Shown: positions 24,107 to 45,230 of the stretch, in pieces
Numbering within the stretch: the stretch's first letter is position 1
Layout of the letters: each line of letters opens with the position of its first letter
Source: an uncultured delta proteobacterium
GTDB taxonomy: Bacteria; Desulfobacterota; Binatia; Binatales; Binataceae
Length of the DNA stretch: 64,000 bases
NCBI GenBank assembly: GCA_963842085.1
Contig: CAWJET010000001.1
Location: forward strand, 864,001 to 928,000
Reading direction: 5' to 3'
Notes under the pieces: model-generated
Database searches by the model: none
What the model saw: only the letters and a program-made list of their open reading frames with translations
Told to the model about the DNA's origin: nothing
Program-made: the position numbers and the translations under genes

Positions 24107-24937
24107 TTAATGCTTCCCGCGCGGCCGGCGGCTGACGATCAGGCTGTCCGACGGCTGCTGCTTGCGCGTCTTGTATCCCTTAGCGGGCTGGCCCCACGGC
24201 GACTGGGGATGGTTTCCTTTCGACTTGCCCTCGCCACCGCCGTGCGGATGGTCAACCGGGTTCATCGCGACTCCACGCACATGACCGCGCTTGCCGAGCC
24301 ATCGCGAGCGCCCGGCCTTGCCGATCGAAATATTTTCATGGTCGAGGTTACCGACCTGGCCGATAGTGGCGCGGCAATCCGCCTGCACCATCCGCTGCTC
24401 GCCCGAAGGCAGCTTGAGCAGCGCCATCTTGCCCTCTTTCGCCATCAACTGCGCCTGCACACCGGCGCCGCGCGCGAGCTTCGCGCCGGCGCCCGGCTTC
24501 ATCTCGATCGCATGAACCACGGTGCCGAGCGGTATGTTCTTGAGCATCAGCGCGTTGCCCGGCTTGATGTCGGCGTTCTCGCCCGATTCGACTTTGGCGC
24601 CGACCTTGAGGCCGTCAGGCGCAAGGATGTAGGTCTTGACGCCGTCGGCATAGTGCAGCAGCGCTATGTTGGCGGAGCGATTGGGATCGTATTCGAGCGC
24701 GGCGACCACAGCCGGAATCCCGTCGCGGTTGCGCTTGAAGTCGATCAGGCGCAGGCGGCGCTTATGCCCGCCGCCGCGATGACGCGAAGTCATGCGGCCG
24801 CGATTGTTGCGTCCACCGGTGCGCTTGACCGGGACCAGCAGGCTTTTCTCGGGCTCTTTCTTGGTGAGCTCGGAGAAATCCGCCACCTGCATGAAGCGCT
24901 GCCCGGGCGTGCGCGGATTAAGTTGTATAACAGCCAT
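24107..24937 (-). CDS. rplB: 50S ribosomal protein L2
   Basis: [21 protein letters not shown]. Confidence 0.98.
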   Translation of the reverse strand: MAVIQLNPRTPGQRFMQVADFSELTKKEPEKSLLVPVKRTGGRNNRGRMTSRHRGGGHKRRLRLIDFKRNRDGIPAVVAALEYDPNRSANIALLHYADGVKTYILAPDGLKVGAKVESGENADIKPGNALMLKNIPLGTVVHAIEMKPGAGAKLARGAGVQAQLMAKEGKMALLKLPSGEQRMVQADCRATIGQVGNLDHENISIGKAGRSRWLGKRGHVRGVAMNPVDHPHGGGEGKSKGNHPQSPWGQPAKGYKTRKQQPSDSLIVSRRPRGKH

Positions 24938-25018
24938 TTTTCAGTTGCCTGATTCGCTATCTCTTATCTAACTCGCTCCAAACTCCCTTCCCCACATCGC
25001 GCTCCGACACGCTTCCGC

Positions 25019-25309
25019 CTACAGGCCTTCGAAGAACTCGATCTTGTCGCCTTCCTTGAGGGTTACGTAGGCTTTCTTCCAGTCCATCTGGCGTCCCTTG
25101 ATTGCGCCTTTTTTCCGTTCCTTGCCCATGAAGTTCGAGGTGCGGACTTTAATCACGGTGACGTTGAACAGATGCTCGACCGCCTCGCGAATCTTGTCCT
25201 TGCTCGCCCCGGGGCGCACGCGGAACAGAACCTGTCCGGCCTTTTCGCTGGCCATCGTGCCCTTCTCGGTAATGATGGGCGCGAGAATCAGGCTCTCGGG
25301 GCTGCTCAT
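25019..25309 (-). CDS. rplW: 50S ribosomal protein L23
   Basis: PIITEK, WKKAYVTL. Confidence 0.97.
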   Translation of the reverse strand: MSSPESLILAPIITEKGTMASEKAGQVLFRVRPGASKDKIREAVEHLFNVTVIKVRTSNFMGKERKKGAIKGRQMDWKKAYVTLKEGDKIEFFEGL

Positions 25310-25965
25310 TTCGCTTCTCCGGCAAATCGGGCCTCGATCGCCTTGGCGGTCTGACTGGTCATCACGAGTTCCCGGTAGTTGAGCACGTCGTAAACGTTAA
25401 GCCCTTCAATCGCGAGCACCTTGTGGGCGGCGAGATTGCGCGCGGCGAGAAAAAACTTACCGTCGCTTTCTCCCGTCACGATCAACGCATGTTCGACGCC
25501 GAGCTTGCCGAGCGCCGCCTTGGCAGCCTTGGTTTTCGGCTCCGGCAAATCGAGCGACTCGACGACGAACAACTTGCCGTTTTTGGCGCGGTCGGAAATC
25601 GCCAGGCAGAGCGCGGCACGCCACGCCTTTTTCGGCATCTTGTACGAATAGTCGCGCGGCTGCGGGCCGAAGATCGTGCCGCCGTGACGCCACAACGGCG
25701 AGCGCGTCGAGCCGGCGCGCGCGCGTCCCGTGCCCTTCTGCCGCCACGGCTTGCGGCCGCCGCCCGAGATGAGTCCCTTGGTCTTGGTGGACGCAGTTCC
25801 CGAGCGCCGGTTGGCAAGCTGCATCCGCACCGCCTCGTGCAGCAGCGATAGGTCGCCGTCGCGGCCGAAGACGGTGCCCGCGACCTCGAGCTCGCCGACT
25901 TTCTCGTGCGACGCCGAGTACAGCGGCAGCTTGACCGGCGATTGATTTTCTTTTCGCTCAGGCAC
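25306..25965 (-). CDS. rplD: 50S ribosomal protein L4
   Basis: KPWRQKGTGRARAGS. Confidence 0.98.
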   Translation of the reverse strand: MPERKENQSPVKLPLYSASHEKVGELEVAGTVFGRDGDLSLLHEAVRMQLANRRSGTASTKTKGLISGGGRKPWRQKGTGRARAGSTRSPLWRHGGTIFGPQPRDYSYKMPKKAWRAALCLAISDRAKNGKLFVVESLDLPEPKTKAAKAALGKLGVEHALIVTGESDGKFFLAARNLAAHKVLAIEGLNVYDVLNYRELVMTSQTAKAIEARFAGEAK

Positions 25966-26629
25966 TGGCGGTCACCTTGACGTTCGCGCGGCGGCGCGGG
26001 CGGGCCGCGTGATGGACGATGAGCAACGCGCCGTCGGGTCCGGGCACCGCGCCCGACACGACGACTGCGTTGTCGTCGGCAAGTATCTCGAGCACTTCGA
26101 GATTCAGGATCGAGGCGGTCGCGTTGCCCATCTGCCCCGCCATCCGCATGCCCTTGCGCACGCGTCCGGGATAGGAGCGGTTGCCGATCGAGCCGCCGTG
26201 ACGGAAATATTCGTGAGTGCCGTGGGAGCCGGGGAAGCCGGAAAAGTGATGCCGCTTGATGACGCCGGCGTAGCCGTGGCCCTTCGAGACTCCGGTTACA
26301 TCGACCTGGTCGCCGACCTTGAACACGTCGGCCGCCGCGATCGGCTGTCCGAGCGTCAACTCGCCCTCGCCGCGCCGCTCGAACTCGCCCGACTTGATTC
26401 CGGCCGCGATCTTGGCCTTGGCAAAATGGCCGCGCTCGCCGCTGGTCACCCGGCTCAGCTTCTTCTTGCCGAACGTGACCTGCACGGCATCGTAGCCGTC
26501 AGTCGCCGCGGTCTTCACCTGCGACACGGTGCATGGCCCAAGCGTCAACACGGTGGCGGCGCGCACGCGGCCGGCCGGGTCGGTCACCTGGGTCATTCCA
26601 ATTTTCTTTCCAATCAATCCGGTCAGCAT
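25958..26629 (-). CDS. rplC: 50S ribosomal protein L3
   Basis: GKKIGMTQ, SHG..E.FRHGGSIG. Confidence 0.98.
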   Translation of the reverse strand: MLTGLIGKKIGMTQVTDPAGRVRAATVLTLGPCTVSQVKTAATDGYDAVQVTFGKKKLSRVTSGERGHFAKAKIAAGIKSGEFERRGEGELTLGQPIAAADVFKVGDQVDVTGVSKGHGYAGVIKRHHFSGFPGSHGTHEYFRHGGSIGNRSYPGRVRKGMRMAGQMGNATASILNLEVLEILADDNAVVVSGAVPGPDGALLIVHHAARPRRRANVKVTASA

Positions 26630-26634
26630 CGGCC

Positions 26635-26943
26635 CTACTCGAGCTTGATTTCGACGTCCACGCCCGCAGCCAGATCGAGCTTGCCCAGCGCGTCGATGGT
26701 CTGCTGGGTCGGCTCGAGGACGTCGAGCAGACGTTTGTGAGTCCGAATTTCAAAATGCTCGCGCGACTTCTTATCGACGTGCGGCGAGCGGTTGACGGTG
26801 AAGCGCTCTATGCGCGTGGGCAGCGGAATCGGACCGGCCACGCGGCCGCCGGTGCGGCGGATGGTGTCCACGATTTCGCGCACCGACTGATCGAGCAGGC
26901 GGTAGTCGTACGCCTTCAGGCGTATGCGTATCTTGTCGTTCAT
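26635..26943 (-). CDS. rpsJ: 30S ribosomal protein S10
   Basis: [16 protein letters not shown]. Confidence 0.98.
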   Translation of the reverse strand: MNDKIRIRLKAYDYRLLDQSVREIVDTIRRTGGRVAGPIPLPTRIERFTVNRSPHVDKKSREHFEIRTHKRLLDVLEPTQQTIDALGKLDLAAGVDVEIKLE

Positions 26944-27019
26944 CTAAGAAATACCGCGCCCGCTTCGTTCAGCGCTCCGCTCCATCTCCGCTCGATTGCG
27001 CACCATCCGTCGGTGTCCG

Positions 27020-28219
<1,200 letters not shown>

Positions 28220-28257
28220 TGATGTATCCTCCGATTGAGCGCGTTGCTCACGAGTCG

Positions 28258-30351
28258 TTATGCACGCGCGCGCGAATCGCCTCCTTCGGCGTTGCGCGCC
28301 GTCAACTCTTCAAAAATATTTCGCGGCACGGGTTCATACGCGCCGAACTGCATGGTGTAAGTCGCGCGGCCCTGGGTCATCGAGCGCAGCCGGGTGGCGT
28401 AGCCGAACATCGTCGCGAGCGGGACGCGGGCCTCGATCACCTGCGCGCCGGCGCGATTTTCCATGTCGAGAATCTTGCCGCGCCGCCCGCTGAGATCGCC
28501 GATCACCTCGCCCATGAACTCCTGCGGCGTGACAACCTCGACCTCCATCACCGGCTCGAGCAGAATCGGCTCGGCCTTTTCGCAGGCTTCCTTGAACGCC
28601 ATCGAGCCGGCGATTTTGAACGCCAGTTCCGACGAGTCTACTTCGTGGTACTTGCCGTCGAGCACGGTGGCTTTAATATCGACCATCGGGTAGCCGGCCA
28701 CGACGCCGTTTTCCATCGCCTCTTTCACGCCGTCTTCAATCGACGGAATGAAATTGCGCGGAATCGAGCCGCCCTTGGTGCCGTCCTCGAACTCGAAGCC
28801 GATGCCCTTGGCGAGCGGCTCGATGCGCAAATCGACGACACCGTACTGGCCGTGGCCGCCGCTCTGACGCACGAACTTGCCCTCGGCCTCGGACGCGCGC
28901 TTGATCGTCTCGCGATAGGCGACCTGCGGCTTGCCGATATTGGCGTCGACTTTGAACTCGCGCAGCATCCGATCGACGATAATCTCGAGATGCAGTTCGC
29001 CCATGCCGGCGATGAGCGTCTGCGAGGTTTCCTTGTTGACGCTGACGCGGAACGACGGATCTTCCTTGGCCAGCTTCTGCAGCGCCTCGGCCAGCTTTTC
29101 CTGGTCGGCCTTGGTCTTGGGCTCGATCGCGATCTGGATGACGGGCGCGGGAAACTCGATCGATTCGAGCACGATCGGCGCGGCCGGATCGCACAGCGTG
29201 TCGCCGGTGTTGGTATCGCGCAGCCCGACGGCGCAAATCTCGCCGGCGTAAACTTCGCTCAGCTCCTCGCGCTTGTTCGCATGCATCTTGAACATGCGGC
29301 CGACGCGTTCGCGCTTGCTGCGGGTCGAGTTGAGCACCGAGGTCCCGGTCTCGAGCTTGCCCGAGTACACGCGCAGGAAAGTCAGCGTGCCGAGGTACGG
29401 GTCGGTCATTATCTTGAAGGCGAGCGCCGAGAACGGCGCGTCGTCGCGCGGCCATCGCTCTTCGATCTTGTCGCCGACCTTGCCGACCACGGGCGGCAGG
29501 TCCAGCGGCGACGGCAGGTAGTCGACCACCGCGTCGAGCATCGGCTGCACGCCCTTGTTGCGAAACGCTGAGCCGAGCAGCACCGGCGTAATCGACATCT
29601 TGAGCGTGGCGGCGCGGATCGCGGCGCGAATCGCGTCGGGCGCGGGCGCCTTGCCCTCGAGATAAAGCTCCATGATGTGCTCGTCGTGATCGGCGAGCGT
29701 CTCGATCATCTTGTCGCGGTATCCGGCGGCCTGCTCTTTCAAATCGGCCGGGATGTCCGTGACGCGATACTCCGCGCCGAGACGATCTTCATCCCAAATG
29801 AGCGCCTTCTGATCGATCAGATCGACCAGCCCGGTGAATTTTTCCTCGGCCCCAATCGGCAGATGCAACAGCAGCGGCGTGGCCTTGAGCTTGTCGCGCA
29901 TTTCCTGCACCACGCGCTCGAACTCGGCGCCGACGCGATCCATCTTGTTGATGAATGCGACCCGCGGCACGCGGTACTTGTCGGCCTGGCGCCAGACGGT
30001 CTCCGACTGCGGCTCGACGCCGCCGACCGCGCAGAACACCGCGACCGCGCCGTCAAGCACGCGCAGGCTGCGCTCGACCTCAATCGTGAAATCGACGTGC
30101 CCCGGCGTGTCGATGATATTGATGCGGTTGTCGCGCCAGAAGCAGGTGGTCGCCGCCGACGTGATCGTGATGCCGCGCTCCTGCTCCTGCACCATCCAGT
30201 CCATCGTCGCGGTGCCTTCGTGCACCTCGCCGATCTTGTAGTTGATACCGGTGTAGAAGAGCACGCGCTCTGTGGTGGTGGTCTTGCCGGCATCGATGTG
30301 GGCCATGATGCCGATATTGCGCACCCGTTCTATTGGTGTCTGACGAGCCAT
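28258..30351 (-). CDS. fusA: Elongation factor G
   Basis: [21 protein letters not shown]. Confidence 0.99.
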   Translation of the reverse strand: MARQTPIERVRNIGIMAHIDAGKTTTTERVLFYTGINYKIGEVHEGTATMDWMVQEQERGITITSAATTCFWRDNRINIIDTPGHVDFTIEVERSLRVLDGAVAVFCAVGGVEPQSETVWRQADKYRVPRVAFINKMDRVGAEFERVVQEMRDKLKATPLLLHLPIGAEEKFTGLVDLIDQKALIWDEDRLGAEYRVTDIPADLKEQAAGYRDKMIETLADHDEHIMELYLEGKAPAPDAIRAAIRAATLKMSITPVLLGSAFRNKGVQPMLDAVVDYLPSPLDLPPVVGKVGDKIEERWPRDDAPFSALAFKIMTDPYLGTLTFLRVYSGKLETGTSVLNSTRSKRERVGRMFKMHANKREELSEVYAGEICAVGLRDTNTGDTLCDPAAPIVLESIEFPAPVIQIAIEPKTKADQEKLAEALQKLAKEDPSFRVSVNKETSQTLIAGMGELHLEIIVDRMLREFKVDANIGKPQVAYRETIKRASEAEGKFVRQSGGHGQYGVVDLRIEPLAKGIGFEFEDGTKGGSIPRNFIPSIEDGVKEAMENGVVAGYPMVDIKATVLDGKYHEVDSSELAFKIAGSMAFKEACEKAEPILLEPVMEVEVVTPQEFMGEVIGDLSGRRGKILDMENRAGAQVIEARVPLATMFGYATRLRSMTQGRATYTMQFGAYEPVPRNIFEELTARNAEGGDSRARA

Positions 30352-30367
30352 CTAAAAAAACTCGGTA

Positions 30368-30838
30368 TTACCAGCGGTAGTGGGCGAACGCCCTGTTGGC
30401 GTCCGCCATTCGATGCGTGTCTTCGCGCTTCTTGACCGCGCCGCCCCGATTGGCGGCCGCGTCGAGGATTTCCGCGGCCAACCGCTCTTCCATCGACCTC
30501 TCGCCACGCGCGCGCGCCGCGGTCACCAGCCATCTCATCGCCAGCGAATTGCGACGCGCGGGACGCACCTCGCTCGGCACCTGGTAGTTGGCGCCGCCGA
30601 CCCGGCGCGAGCGGACCTCGACGGCGGGACGAACGTTGTCGAGAGCGCGCTTGAAGACCACCAGACCGTCTTCCTTCGAGCGCTCGGCGGCGAGATCGAG
30701 CGCGTGATAAAAAATCTGCTCGGCGAGCGACTTCTTGCCGCGCTCCATCACGACGTTCATGAACTTCGCGACAGTGCGGTCGTGATACTTGGGGTCCGCC
30801 GGAACTTCGCGGACGCGTATTTGTCCTTTGCGCGACAT
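30368..30838 (-). CDS. rpsG: 30S ribosomal protein S7
   Basis: [21 protein letters not shown]. Confidence 0.98.
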   Translation of the reverse strand: MSRKGQIRVREVPADPKYHDRTVAKFMNVVMERGKKSLAEQIFYHALDLAAERSKEDGLVVFKRALDNVRPAVEVRSRRVGGANYQVPSEVRPARRNSLAMRWLVTAARARGERSMEERLAAEILDAAANRGGAVKKREDTHRMADANRAFAHYRW

Positions 30839-30844
30839 TTGACT

Positions 30845-31216
30845 CTACTTGGGTTTCTTCGACCCGTACTTCGAACGGCCCTTGCGCCGCTCCTGCACGC
30901 CGATCGAGTCCAGCGTGCCGCGAATCACGTGGTAGCGGACGCCCGGCAGGTCGCGCACGCGGCCGCCGCGAATCAGCACCACGGAGTGCTCCTGCAGGTT
31001 GTGCCCGACGCCGGGGATATAGGTGTTCACCTCGATCCCGTTGGACAGCCGCACGCGCGCAACCTTGCGCAGAGCGGAGTTGGGCTTCTTGGGCGTCGTC
31101 GTCTTCACCTGCGTGCATACGCCGCGCTTCTGCGGCGAGCCTTCGAGCGCACGCGCCTTCGTCTTGAAGCGCTTCTTCACGCGCGCCTGTCGGATCAACT
31201 GGTTTATCGTCGGCAC
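30845..31216 (-). CDS. rpsL: 30S ribosomal protein S12
   Basis: [17 protein letters not shown]. Confidence 0.99.
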   Translation of the reverse strand: MPTINQLIRQARVKKRFKTKARALEGSPQKRGVCTQVKTTTPKKPNSALRKVARVRLSNGIEVNTYIPGVGHNLQEHSVVLIRGGRVRDLPGVRYHVIRGTLDSIGVQERRKGRSKYGSKKPK

Positions 31217-31391
31217 GTTTTAATTCTCGTTCTCTTCCGCTTCGCCACCCGCACCCATCGGACGCTCGCCGACTTTCGGACCGCTCGACGCTCGCATCGC
31301 GCCGGCCCGGTTCGCCGGATTTGCCTCTGGTGGGACGCGGTGTTCAAACAAACCCCCCAAGGACAACTTATGCCCTTGGGGGAAACATCAT

Positions 31392-31416
31392 TATGTACGG
31401 GACCCGGCCCGCCGTG

Positions 31417-31420
<4 letters not shown>
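31392..31420 (-). promoter_or_regulatory. Putative sigma70 promoter of the str operon; -35 overlaps the rpoC stop
   Basis: TTGACA-17 nt-TACATA(AT). Confidence 0.55.
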
Positions 31421-35682
<4,262 letters not shown>

Positions 35683-35703
35683 CTCTTTATAACTCCCTGG
35701 CCC

Positions 35704-39813
<4,110 letters not shown>

Positions 39814-40001
39814 CAGCTACCTCACCGTGCGTGCGCCACATTCTTCGGCGCCGTGAAGCAATAGAGGACGCGGGCGCAGGAGTCTCCCCCGTGCCCACGG
39901 CTTCATCGATAAAGACCGTTTGAAATTCGCGCGCGCCCGTCAGTGCCGCGCCGCGTGAATTTCCCGACCCTTTGTTGTGCGTCAAAAAGACTAAATCCTT
40001 C

Positions 40002-40394
40002 CTACTTCAGCTCCACGCTGCCACCGGCGGCTTCGAGCTTCTTCTTGATCTCTTCCGCTTCGGCCTTGTTGACGCCTTCCTTGACCGCCTTCGGCGCGCC
40101 GTCGACCAGGTCCTTGGCCTCCTTGAGGCCGAGTCCGGTCAATTCGCGCACGACCTTGATCACCTGGATCTTCTTGTCGCCGGAGCCCGTCAGCACGACG
40201 TTGAACTCTTCCTTCTCGGGCGCCGCCGCGGCCGCACCGCCGGCCGCCGGACCAGCGGCAGCCACCGCGACCGGAGCCGCGGCCGATACGCCGAGCTCGG
40301 CCTCGAGTTCCTTGACGAGCGCCGCCGCGTCGATCAGGCTCAGGTTCTTCAGATAATCCTTCACCTGATCGCGGCTGAGTTGTCCTTCTGCCAT
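40002..40394 (-). CDS. rplL: 50S ribosomal protein L7/L12
   Basis: [17 protein letters not shown]. Confidence 0.98.
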   Translation of the reverse strand: MAEGQLSRDQVKDYLKNLSLIDAAALVKELEAELGVSAAAPVAVAAAGPAAGGAAAAAPEKEEFNVVLTGSGDKKIQVIKVVRELTGLGLKEAKDLVDGAPKAVKEGVNKAEAEEIKKKLEAAGGSVELK

Positions 40395-40497
40395 GTTACC
40401 TTCTCTCCTTGTTCACGCATCCGGGGAGATGTGGGAGCGCTTTTTCAGCGAAACCTCTACCGTGCGTTGTTCACGAATCAAACTTAGTCGCCTCTGC

Positions 40498-41085
40498 TCA
40501 TCCCTCAGATGCGGGCGCCGGTGCTTCAGGCGCAGGTTCCGATGAAGCTGCGGCTGGAGGCGGTGCGCCGGCGCCGTTTTTCTTTCCAATCGCGTCGATC
40601 ACGCGCGCCAGGTACGAGCCCGGCTCGTTGAGCAGGCGGACCAACTGCGTCGCCGGCGCATTGAGCAGTCCGAGCAACTGGCCGAAAACCACCTCGCGCG
40701 ACGGCAACGTCGCCAGTGCCTGCACTTCCGCGGGCGTGAGCGGCTTGCCGTCGAGCACCGCGCCGCGCAGCTTGAGCTTCTCGCCGAGAGGCCCGAACGA
40801 CGTGAACGTCTTCGCCAGCACGACCGGATCCTCGTAGCTGAGGATAAGGCCGACCTGCCCGCCGAGGTTGCTGTCGAGCGCCTCGAACTTGGTGCCCTTG
40901 ATCGCGTGGCGGACCAAGGTGTTCTTGGCGATACGCATCTCGCCGCGCACGGCGCGCAGGCGCTTGCGCATCTCGGTCGATTCCGCCGCCGTCATCCCGC
41001 GGTACTCGGATACGAGCGCGATACTGGCGCGGCCGAAACTGTTCGAGAGGTCTTCGACCAGCGCGGTCTTTTCTGATTTCTTCAT
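40498..41085 (-). CDS. rplJ: 50S ribosomal protein L10
   Basis: EYRGM, AKNTL, LATLPSRE; start at MKKSEK. Confidence 0.96.
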   Translation of the reverse strand: MKKSEKTALVEDLSNSFGRASIALVSEYRGMTAAESTEMRKRLRAVRGEMRIAKNTLVRHAIKGTKFEALDSNLGGQVGLILSYEDPVVLAKTFTSFGPLGEKLKLRGAVLDGKPLTPAEVQALATLPSREVVFGQLLGLLNAPATQLVRLLNEPGSYLARVIDAIGKKNGAGAPPPAAASSEPAPEAPAPASEG

Positions 41086-41122
41086 TTCAATTATACCGAC
41101 CCAGCTCCAACGAACGAAAAGC

Positions 41123-41836
41123 TCAAGCGGCCGCCGCGAGTGCCTTGGGCGCCGCCTGCGCCGTATCGACACGCACGCCGGGACCCATGGTTGAGGAAAG
41201 CGCGACGCTGCGAACGTAGTTGCCCTTGGCGCTGGCCGGCTTGGAGCGAACGATCGCGCCAAGCAGCGCGCGCACGTTGTCGAGCAGCTTCTGCTCGCCG
41301 AAACTCAGCTTGCCGACACGCGCGTGCACGACGCCCGCCTTGTCCACGCGGTAATCGACCTTGCCGGCCTTGATCTCGGCGACGGCTTTCGCCACGTCGA
41401 AGGTGACGGTGCCGACCTTGGGATTGGGCATCAGGCCGCGCGGTCCGAGGATTTTGCCGATACGTCCGACCTGGCCCATCATGTCGGGCGTGGCGATCAC
41501 GCGGTCGAAGTCGAGCCAGTTCTCTTCCTGGATCTTCTTTATAATGTCGTCGCCGCCGACGAAGTCGGCGCCCGCTTCGCGCGCCTCGCGCTCTTTCTCG
41601 CCCTTGGCAACGACGAGCACGCGCGCGGTCGAGCCGGTGCCATGCGGCAGCACGATAGTGCCGCGCACGTTCTGGTCGGCCTGGCGCGGATCGACGCCGA
41701 GCCGCACCGCAATCTCGACGGTCTCGTCGAACTTGGCGACCTTGTTGTCGATAATCAACTTGACCGCTTCTTCGAGCGTGTAGCGCTTTTCGCGATCGAT
41801 CTTCTTGAGCGCTTCCCTGTATTTCTTGCCTGCCAT
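41123..41836 (-). CDS. rplA: 50S ribosomal protein L1
   Basis: [17 protein letters not shown]. Confidence 0.98.
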   Translation of the reverse strand: MAGKKYREALKKIDREKRYTLEEAVKLIIDNKVAKFDETVEIAVRLGVDPRQADQNVRGTIVLPHGTGSTARVLVVAKGEKEREAREAGADFVGGDDIIKKIQEENWLDFDRVIATPDMMGQVGRIGKILGPRGLMPNPKVGTVTFDVAKAVAEIKAGKVDYRVDKAGVVHARVGKLSFGEQKLLDNVRALLGAIVRSKPASAKGNYVRSVALSSTMGPGVRVDTAQAAPKALAAAA

Positions 41837-42261
41837 TAATCCGTGACCTCTATTCCCATGCTGCGCGCGGTGCCCGACACCGTGTTGACGGCGGCAGCGA
41901 GGTCGGCCGCGGTCAGGTCCTTGAGCTTGGTCTTGGCGATTTCCTCGACCTGCGCGCGGGTGACCTTGCCGACCTTGTTCTTGTTGGGCATCGGCGAGCC
42001 TTTTTCGATACCCGCCGCGCGCAGCAGCAGGATCGACGCGGGCGGACTCTTGGTGACGAAGGTGAAGGAGCGGTCGGCGTAGACGGTGACTATCACGGGA
42101 ATCAGCAGGCCCTGCATGTTCTGGGTCTGCGCGTTGAAGGCCTTGCAGAATTCCATGATATTGACGCCGCGCTGGCCGAGCGCCGGTCCCACCGGCGGCG
42201 AGGGATTCGCCGCGCCGGCCGGAATCTGCAGTTTGATCGATCCGACTACTTTCTTGGCCAC
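41836..42261 (-). CDS. rplK: 50S ribosomal protein L11
   Basis: [18 protein letters not shown]. Confidence 0.98.
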   Translation of the reverse strand: MAKKVVGSIKLQIPAGAANPSPPVGPALGQRGVNIMEFCKAFNAQTQNMQGLLIPVIVTVYADRSFTFVTKSPPASILLLRAAGIEKGSPMPNKNKVGKVTRAQVEEIAKTKLKDLTAADLAAAVNTVSGTARSMGIEVTD

Positions 42262-42347
42262 TTTAAATTCGTTCCCGGTTTACTCAAGTCGTGAACACCG
42301 CCGGCGTGCTTGGTCGCGCGCATCCGGCGGATCGATTGTTGTTTTTC

Positions 42348-42914
42348 TCAGGCCTTCTCTACCTGCACAAAGTCGAGCTCGACCGGAGTTGCGCGGCCGA
42401 AGATCGAAATGAGAACTCGGACCTTGCCCTTCTCGGGCTTGACTTCCTCGACGGTGCCGTTGAAGTCCTGGAACGGGCCGTCGACGACTTTGATCGCCTC
42501 GCCCACCTCGAACAGCACCTTGGGCTTGGGCCGCAGCGCCCCTTCTTCCATCTGCTGCTCGATCTCTTCAACTTCGGACATCGGAACTTCGGGCGGGTTG
42601 GTCGAATGCCCGACGAAGCCGGTGATTTTCGGGGTGTCCTTGATGACGTGCCAGGTGTCGTCGTCGAGCACCATCTGCACGAAGATGTAGCCGGGGAAAA
42701 ATTTGCGGCTCGACACCTTGCGCGCACCGCCCTTGCCGAGTTCCTGCACGCGCTCGATCGGCACCAGCACCTTGCCGATTTTGTCTTCCTTGTGCAGCGA
42801 GCGCACCCGCTCCTCGAGCGCGGCCTTGGCCTTGTGCTCGTAGCCCGAGTAGGTATGGACGATATACCACTTCATCGCGGGCTTGGCGGCAGTTTCGGTA
42901 ATCGGTTCAGTCAT
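42348..42914 (-). CDS. nusG: Transcription termination/antitermination factor NusG
   Basis: WYIVHTYSG, FPGY, KOW motif, IFGRATPVEL. Confidence 0.98.
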   Translation of the reverse strand: MTEPITETAAKPAMKWYIVHTYSGYEHKAKAALEERVRSLHKEDKIGKVLVPIERVQELGKGGARKVSSRKFFPGYIFVQMVLDDDTWHVIKDTPKITGFVGHSTNPPEVPMSEVEEIEQQMEEGALRPKPKVLFEVGEAIKVVDGPFQDFNGTVEEVKPEKGKVRVLISIFGRATPVELDFVQVEKA

Positions 42915-42962
42915 CTGAAGTGACGGTCCTGAATGAGCAATCCTGCGTTTGGTCGTCAGTCC

Positions 42963-43166
42963 CTAGCGGAGCAGCATCTGCACGCCGCGAACCGCGAAAA
43001 AGTCGATCACCCCGAGCCACAAAGCCATCACAAACGTCAGACCGAGCACCACAATCGTGGCCTGCATGGTTTCCTTGGGCGAGGGGTAATGGACCTTGGA
43101 AAGCTCCGTCCATGCTTCGGTGACGAAACTTACGCCCTGATTGAAGTAACTTTTCAGACTATCCAT
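42963..43166 (-). CDS. secE: Preprotein translocase SecE
   Basis: ELSKVHYPS plus one TM helix; canonical position. Confidence 0.93.
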   Translation of the reverse strand: MDSLKSYFNQGVSFVTEAWTELSKVHYPSPKETMQATIVVLGLTFVMALWLGVIDFFAVRGVQMLLR

Positions 43167-43222
43167 TTTTCGTGCCTAAATCAAGAACCGTGTGATTAAT
43201 TCGGTTAAACCGCTGTCATTTT

Positions 43223-43299
43223 TGGCGGGCCAGCCAGGATTCGAACCTGGAACCCTCGGATTTGGAGTCCGATGCTCTGCCAATTAGAGCTACTGACCC
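43223..43299 (-). tRNA. tRNA-Trp (CCA)
   Basis: Cloverleaf; anticodon loop CTCCAAA; GGTTCGAATCC; encoded CCA. Confidence 0.96.
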
Positions 43300-43428
43300 G
43301 TTTTTCACTGTACCAGCGTGCGTCGTGGCTCAGTCGAGCTCGAACCCATCAGGTAATTTTTCCCTTTTTGCTCCGATGTACCAGCCGGCGTTCGCGGCTC
43401 AGTCGACCCCGAACCGAACCTCGCATTA

Positions 43429-43584
43429 TCAGGTGATCTTCCCTTCCTTGTGGACGGTGTGCGCGCGGCACTTCGGACAGAATTTCTTGATGGAAAATTT
43501 GTCGGTCTGCGTCTTCTTGTTCTTGGTGGTCGTGTAGTTGCGCGATTTGCAACTGTCGCATGAAAGCGAAATCAGATCTCTCAT
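43429..43584 (-). CDS. rpmG: 50S ribosomal protein L33 (Zn-binding form)
   Basis: Translated by hand: [51 protein letters not shown]. Confidence 0.96.
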   Translation of the reverse strand: MRDLISLSCDSCKSRNYTTTKNKKTQTDKFSIKKFCPKCRAHTVHKEGKIT

Positions 43585-43627
43585 TGTCGTCCGCCTCGAA
43601 AGAACTTCTTCGTCACTGGCGCAAGTC

Positions 43628-43703
<76 letters not shown>

Positions 43704-43776
43704 ATCCGTCGCACTGCTCAACCGGAATATTTCAGTGAAAAGTGACCCACAAAACTCGTTGCCTCTTCAGATAATC

Positions 43777-43852
43777 TGGAGCGGGAAACGGGACTCGAAC
43801 CCGCGACCCCGAGCTTGGAAGGCTCGCGCTCTACCAACTGAGCTATTCCCGC
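43777..43852 (-). tRNA. tRNA-Gly (TCC)
   Basis: GCGGGAA...CTTCCAA...TCCA; 76 nt. Confidence 0.96.
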
Positions 43853-43878
43853 TCTCCCAGTCCAACTCGTTATCATAC

Positions 43879-43964
<86 letters not shown>

Positions 43965-43987
43965 TCCCAAGCCAATCGTGCCGACCA

Positions 43988-44059
43988 AGCCGATGGCGAG
44001 AATCGAACTCGCAACCACCTGATTACAAATCAGGTGCTCTACCGTTGAGCTACATCGGC
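43988..44059 (-). tRNA. tRNA-Thr (TGT), CCA not encoded
   Basis: GCCGATG...TTTGTAA...CATCGGCT. Confidence 0.94.
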
Positions 44060-44078
44060 AAACGACGTTAAGGAAGCA

Positions 44079-44107
44079 AAGCTATTCGGCGCCGCGGCGA
44101 CTGTCAA
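44079..44107 (-). promoter_or_regulatory. Sigma70 promoter of the tRNA cluster
   Basis: TTGACA-17 nt-TAGCTT, 19 nt upstream of tRNA-Thr(TGT). Confidence 0.7.
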
Positions 44108-44217
44108 GCTAAACGGCGTTTCGGGGTCTGCTTCTTGCATCGCGGCGCCGCTCGATCCGCCGACCAACCTGCGATCGCCCGCGAGAAGCCATGACCGTTG
44201 AGCGCGGCTGGTATGCG

Positions 44218-45129
44218 CTAACCCGCCGGATTCGCGGCGGCGCGACGGCGGGCGATTTCGAACAGCGCCACCGCGGCGGCGACTGAGACGTTGAGCGAGC
44301 CAACTCTGCCGCACATCGGGATGTCGACGACGAAGTCCGCCGCCTTCCTCACGATGTCGCGGACGCCGCGCCCCTCGGAGCCGACGATGATCGCGAGCCT
44401 GCGCGAGGTGTCGAGCGCGTAGATCGACGTATCGCCGCCGGGCGCGAGCGCCGCCGTCCAGTAGCCCGCCTCCTTGAGCTGCTCGATCGTGCGCGCCACG
44501 TTGCCGCATCGCGCGATCTTCAGATGGATCCACGCGCCGGCCGACGATTTGACTGCCGCGGGCGTGATGCCCACCGTGCGGTCCTTCGCGATGACGATCG
44601 CGCCGACGCCGGCGCCTTCCGCCGAGCGCATCAGGGCGCCCAGGTTGCGCGGATCGGTGACGCCGTCCACCAGCACGATCGGGTCGGGCTGCTCGGCGAG
44701 AATATCCTCGAGCGGCGTGTACTCGTACTCGCGCATCAGGGCCGCGATTCCCTGATGACGCGCGGCCGGTCCCGCCAATCGCTCCAATCCGGCTTCATCG
44801 GCGAACTCGACGTGGCCGCCGCCGGTCCTGACGAGATCGATCTCGGTGGCGAAGCGGCGCTCGTCGCCGGATTTCACGTAAAGCACTCGAATCGAGCCGG
44901 GCGCCGCCGCGACCAGCTCGCGGATAGGCTCGACGCCGTAAACTATTTCGCGATCGTTGCCGCCCACCCGCCGAGTCTCGCGCTCATCGGTATCCGCGCG
45001 TCGATAATCGCGCGCAGGGGCCGGCGCCGCCACCGGTTTGGCATGTGACGCTGGCGACTCGCGGCGCGGCGGCCGGGGCGCGTTGCGGTTGAAGCGTGGG
45101 TTGCGGCTCTTGTCGCGAAAGTCTCTCAT
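44218..45129 (-). CDS. rlmB: 23S rRNA Gm2251 2'-O-methyltransferase RlmB (TrmH/SPOUT)
   Basis: HQGI, DPRNLGALMRSA, GSEGRG, SLNVSVA. Confidence 0.9.
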   Translation of the reverse strand: MRDFRDKSRNPRFNRNAPRPPRRESPASHAKPVAAPAPARDYRRADTDERETRRVGGNDREIVYGVEPIRELVAAAPGSIRVLYVKSGDERRFATEIDLVRTGGGHVEFADEAGLERLAGPAARHQGIAALMREYEYTPLEDILAEQPDPIVLVDGVTDPRNLGALMRSAEGAGVGAIVIAKDRTVGITPAAVKSSAGAWIHLKIARCGNVARTIEQLKEAGYWTAALAPGGDTSIYALDTSRRLAIIVGSEGRGVRDIVRKAADFVVDIPMCGRVGSLNVSVAAAVALFEIARRRAAANPAG

Positions 45130-45230
45130 CAGCGGCGATACTATCAGAGCGCGGCGCGAGTATCGCGCACTTCTCTCAACGGATGCAGCAACGCAAAACC
45201 GGAACCGGCTGCGCTTACGCGCAGCTGTCC

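Noticed and set aside
43988-44059. tRNA-Thr(TGT) without encoded CCA as a pseudogene or att scar
   Set aside because: Cloverleaf is intact, it has a strong promoter, and post-transcriptional CCA addition is common
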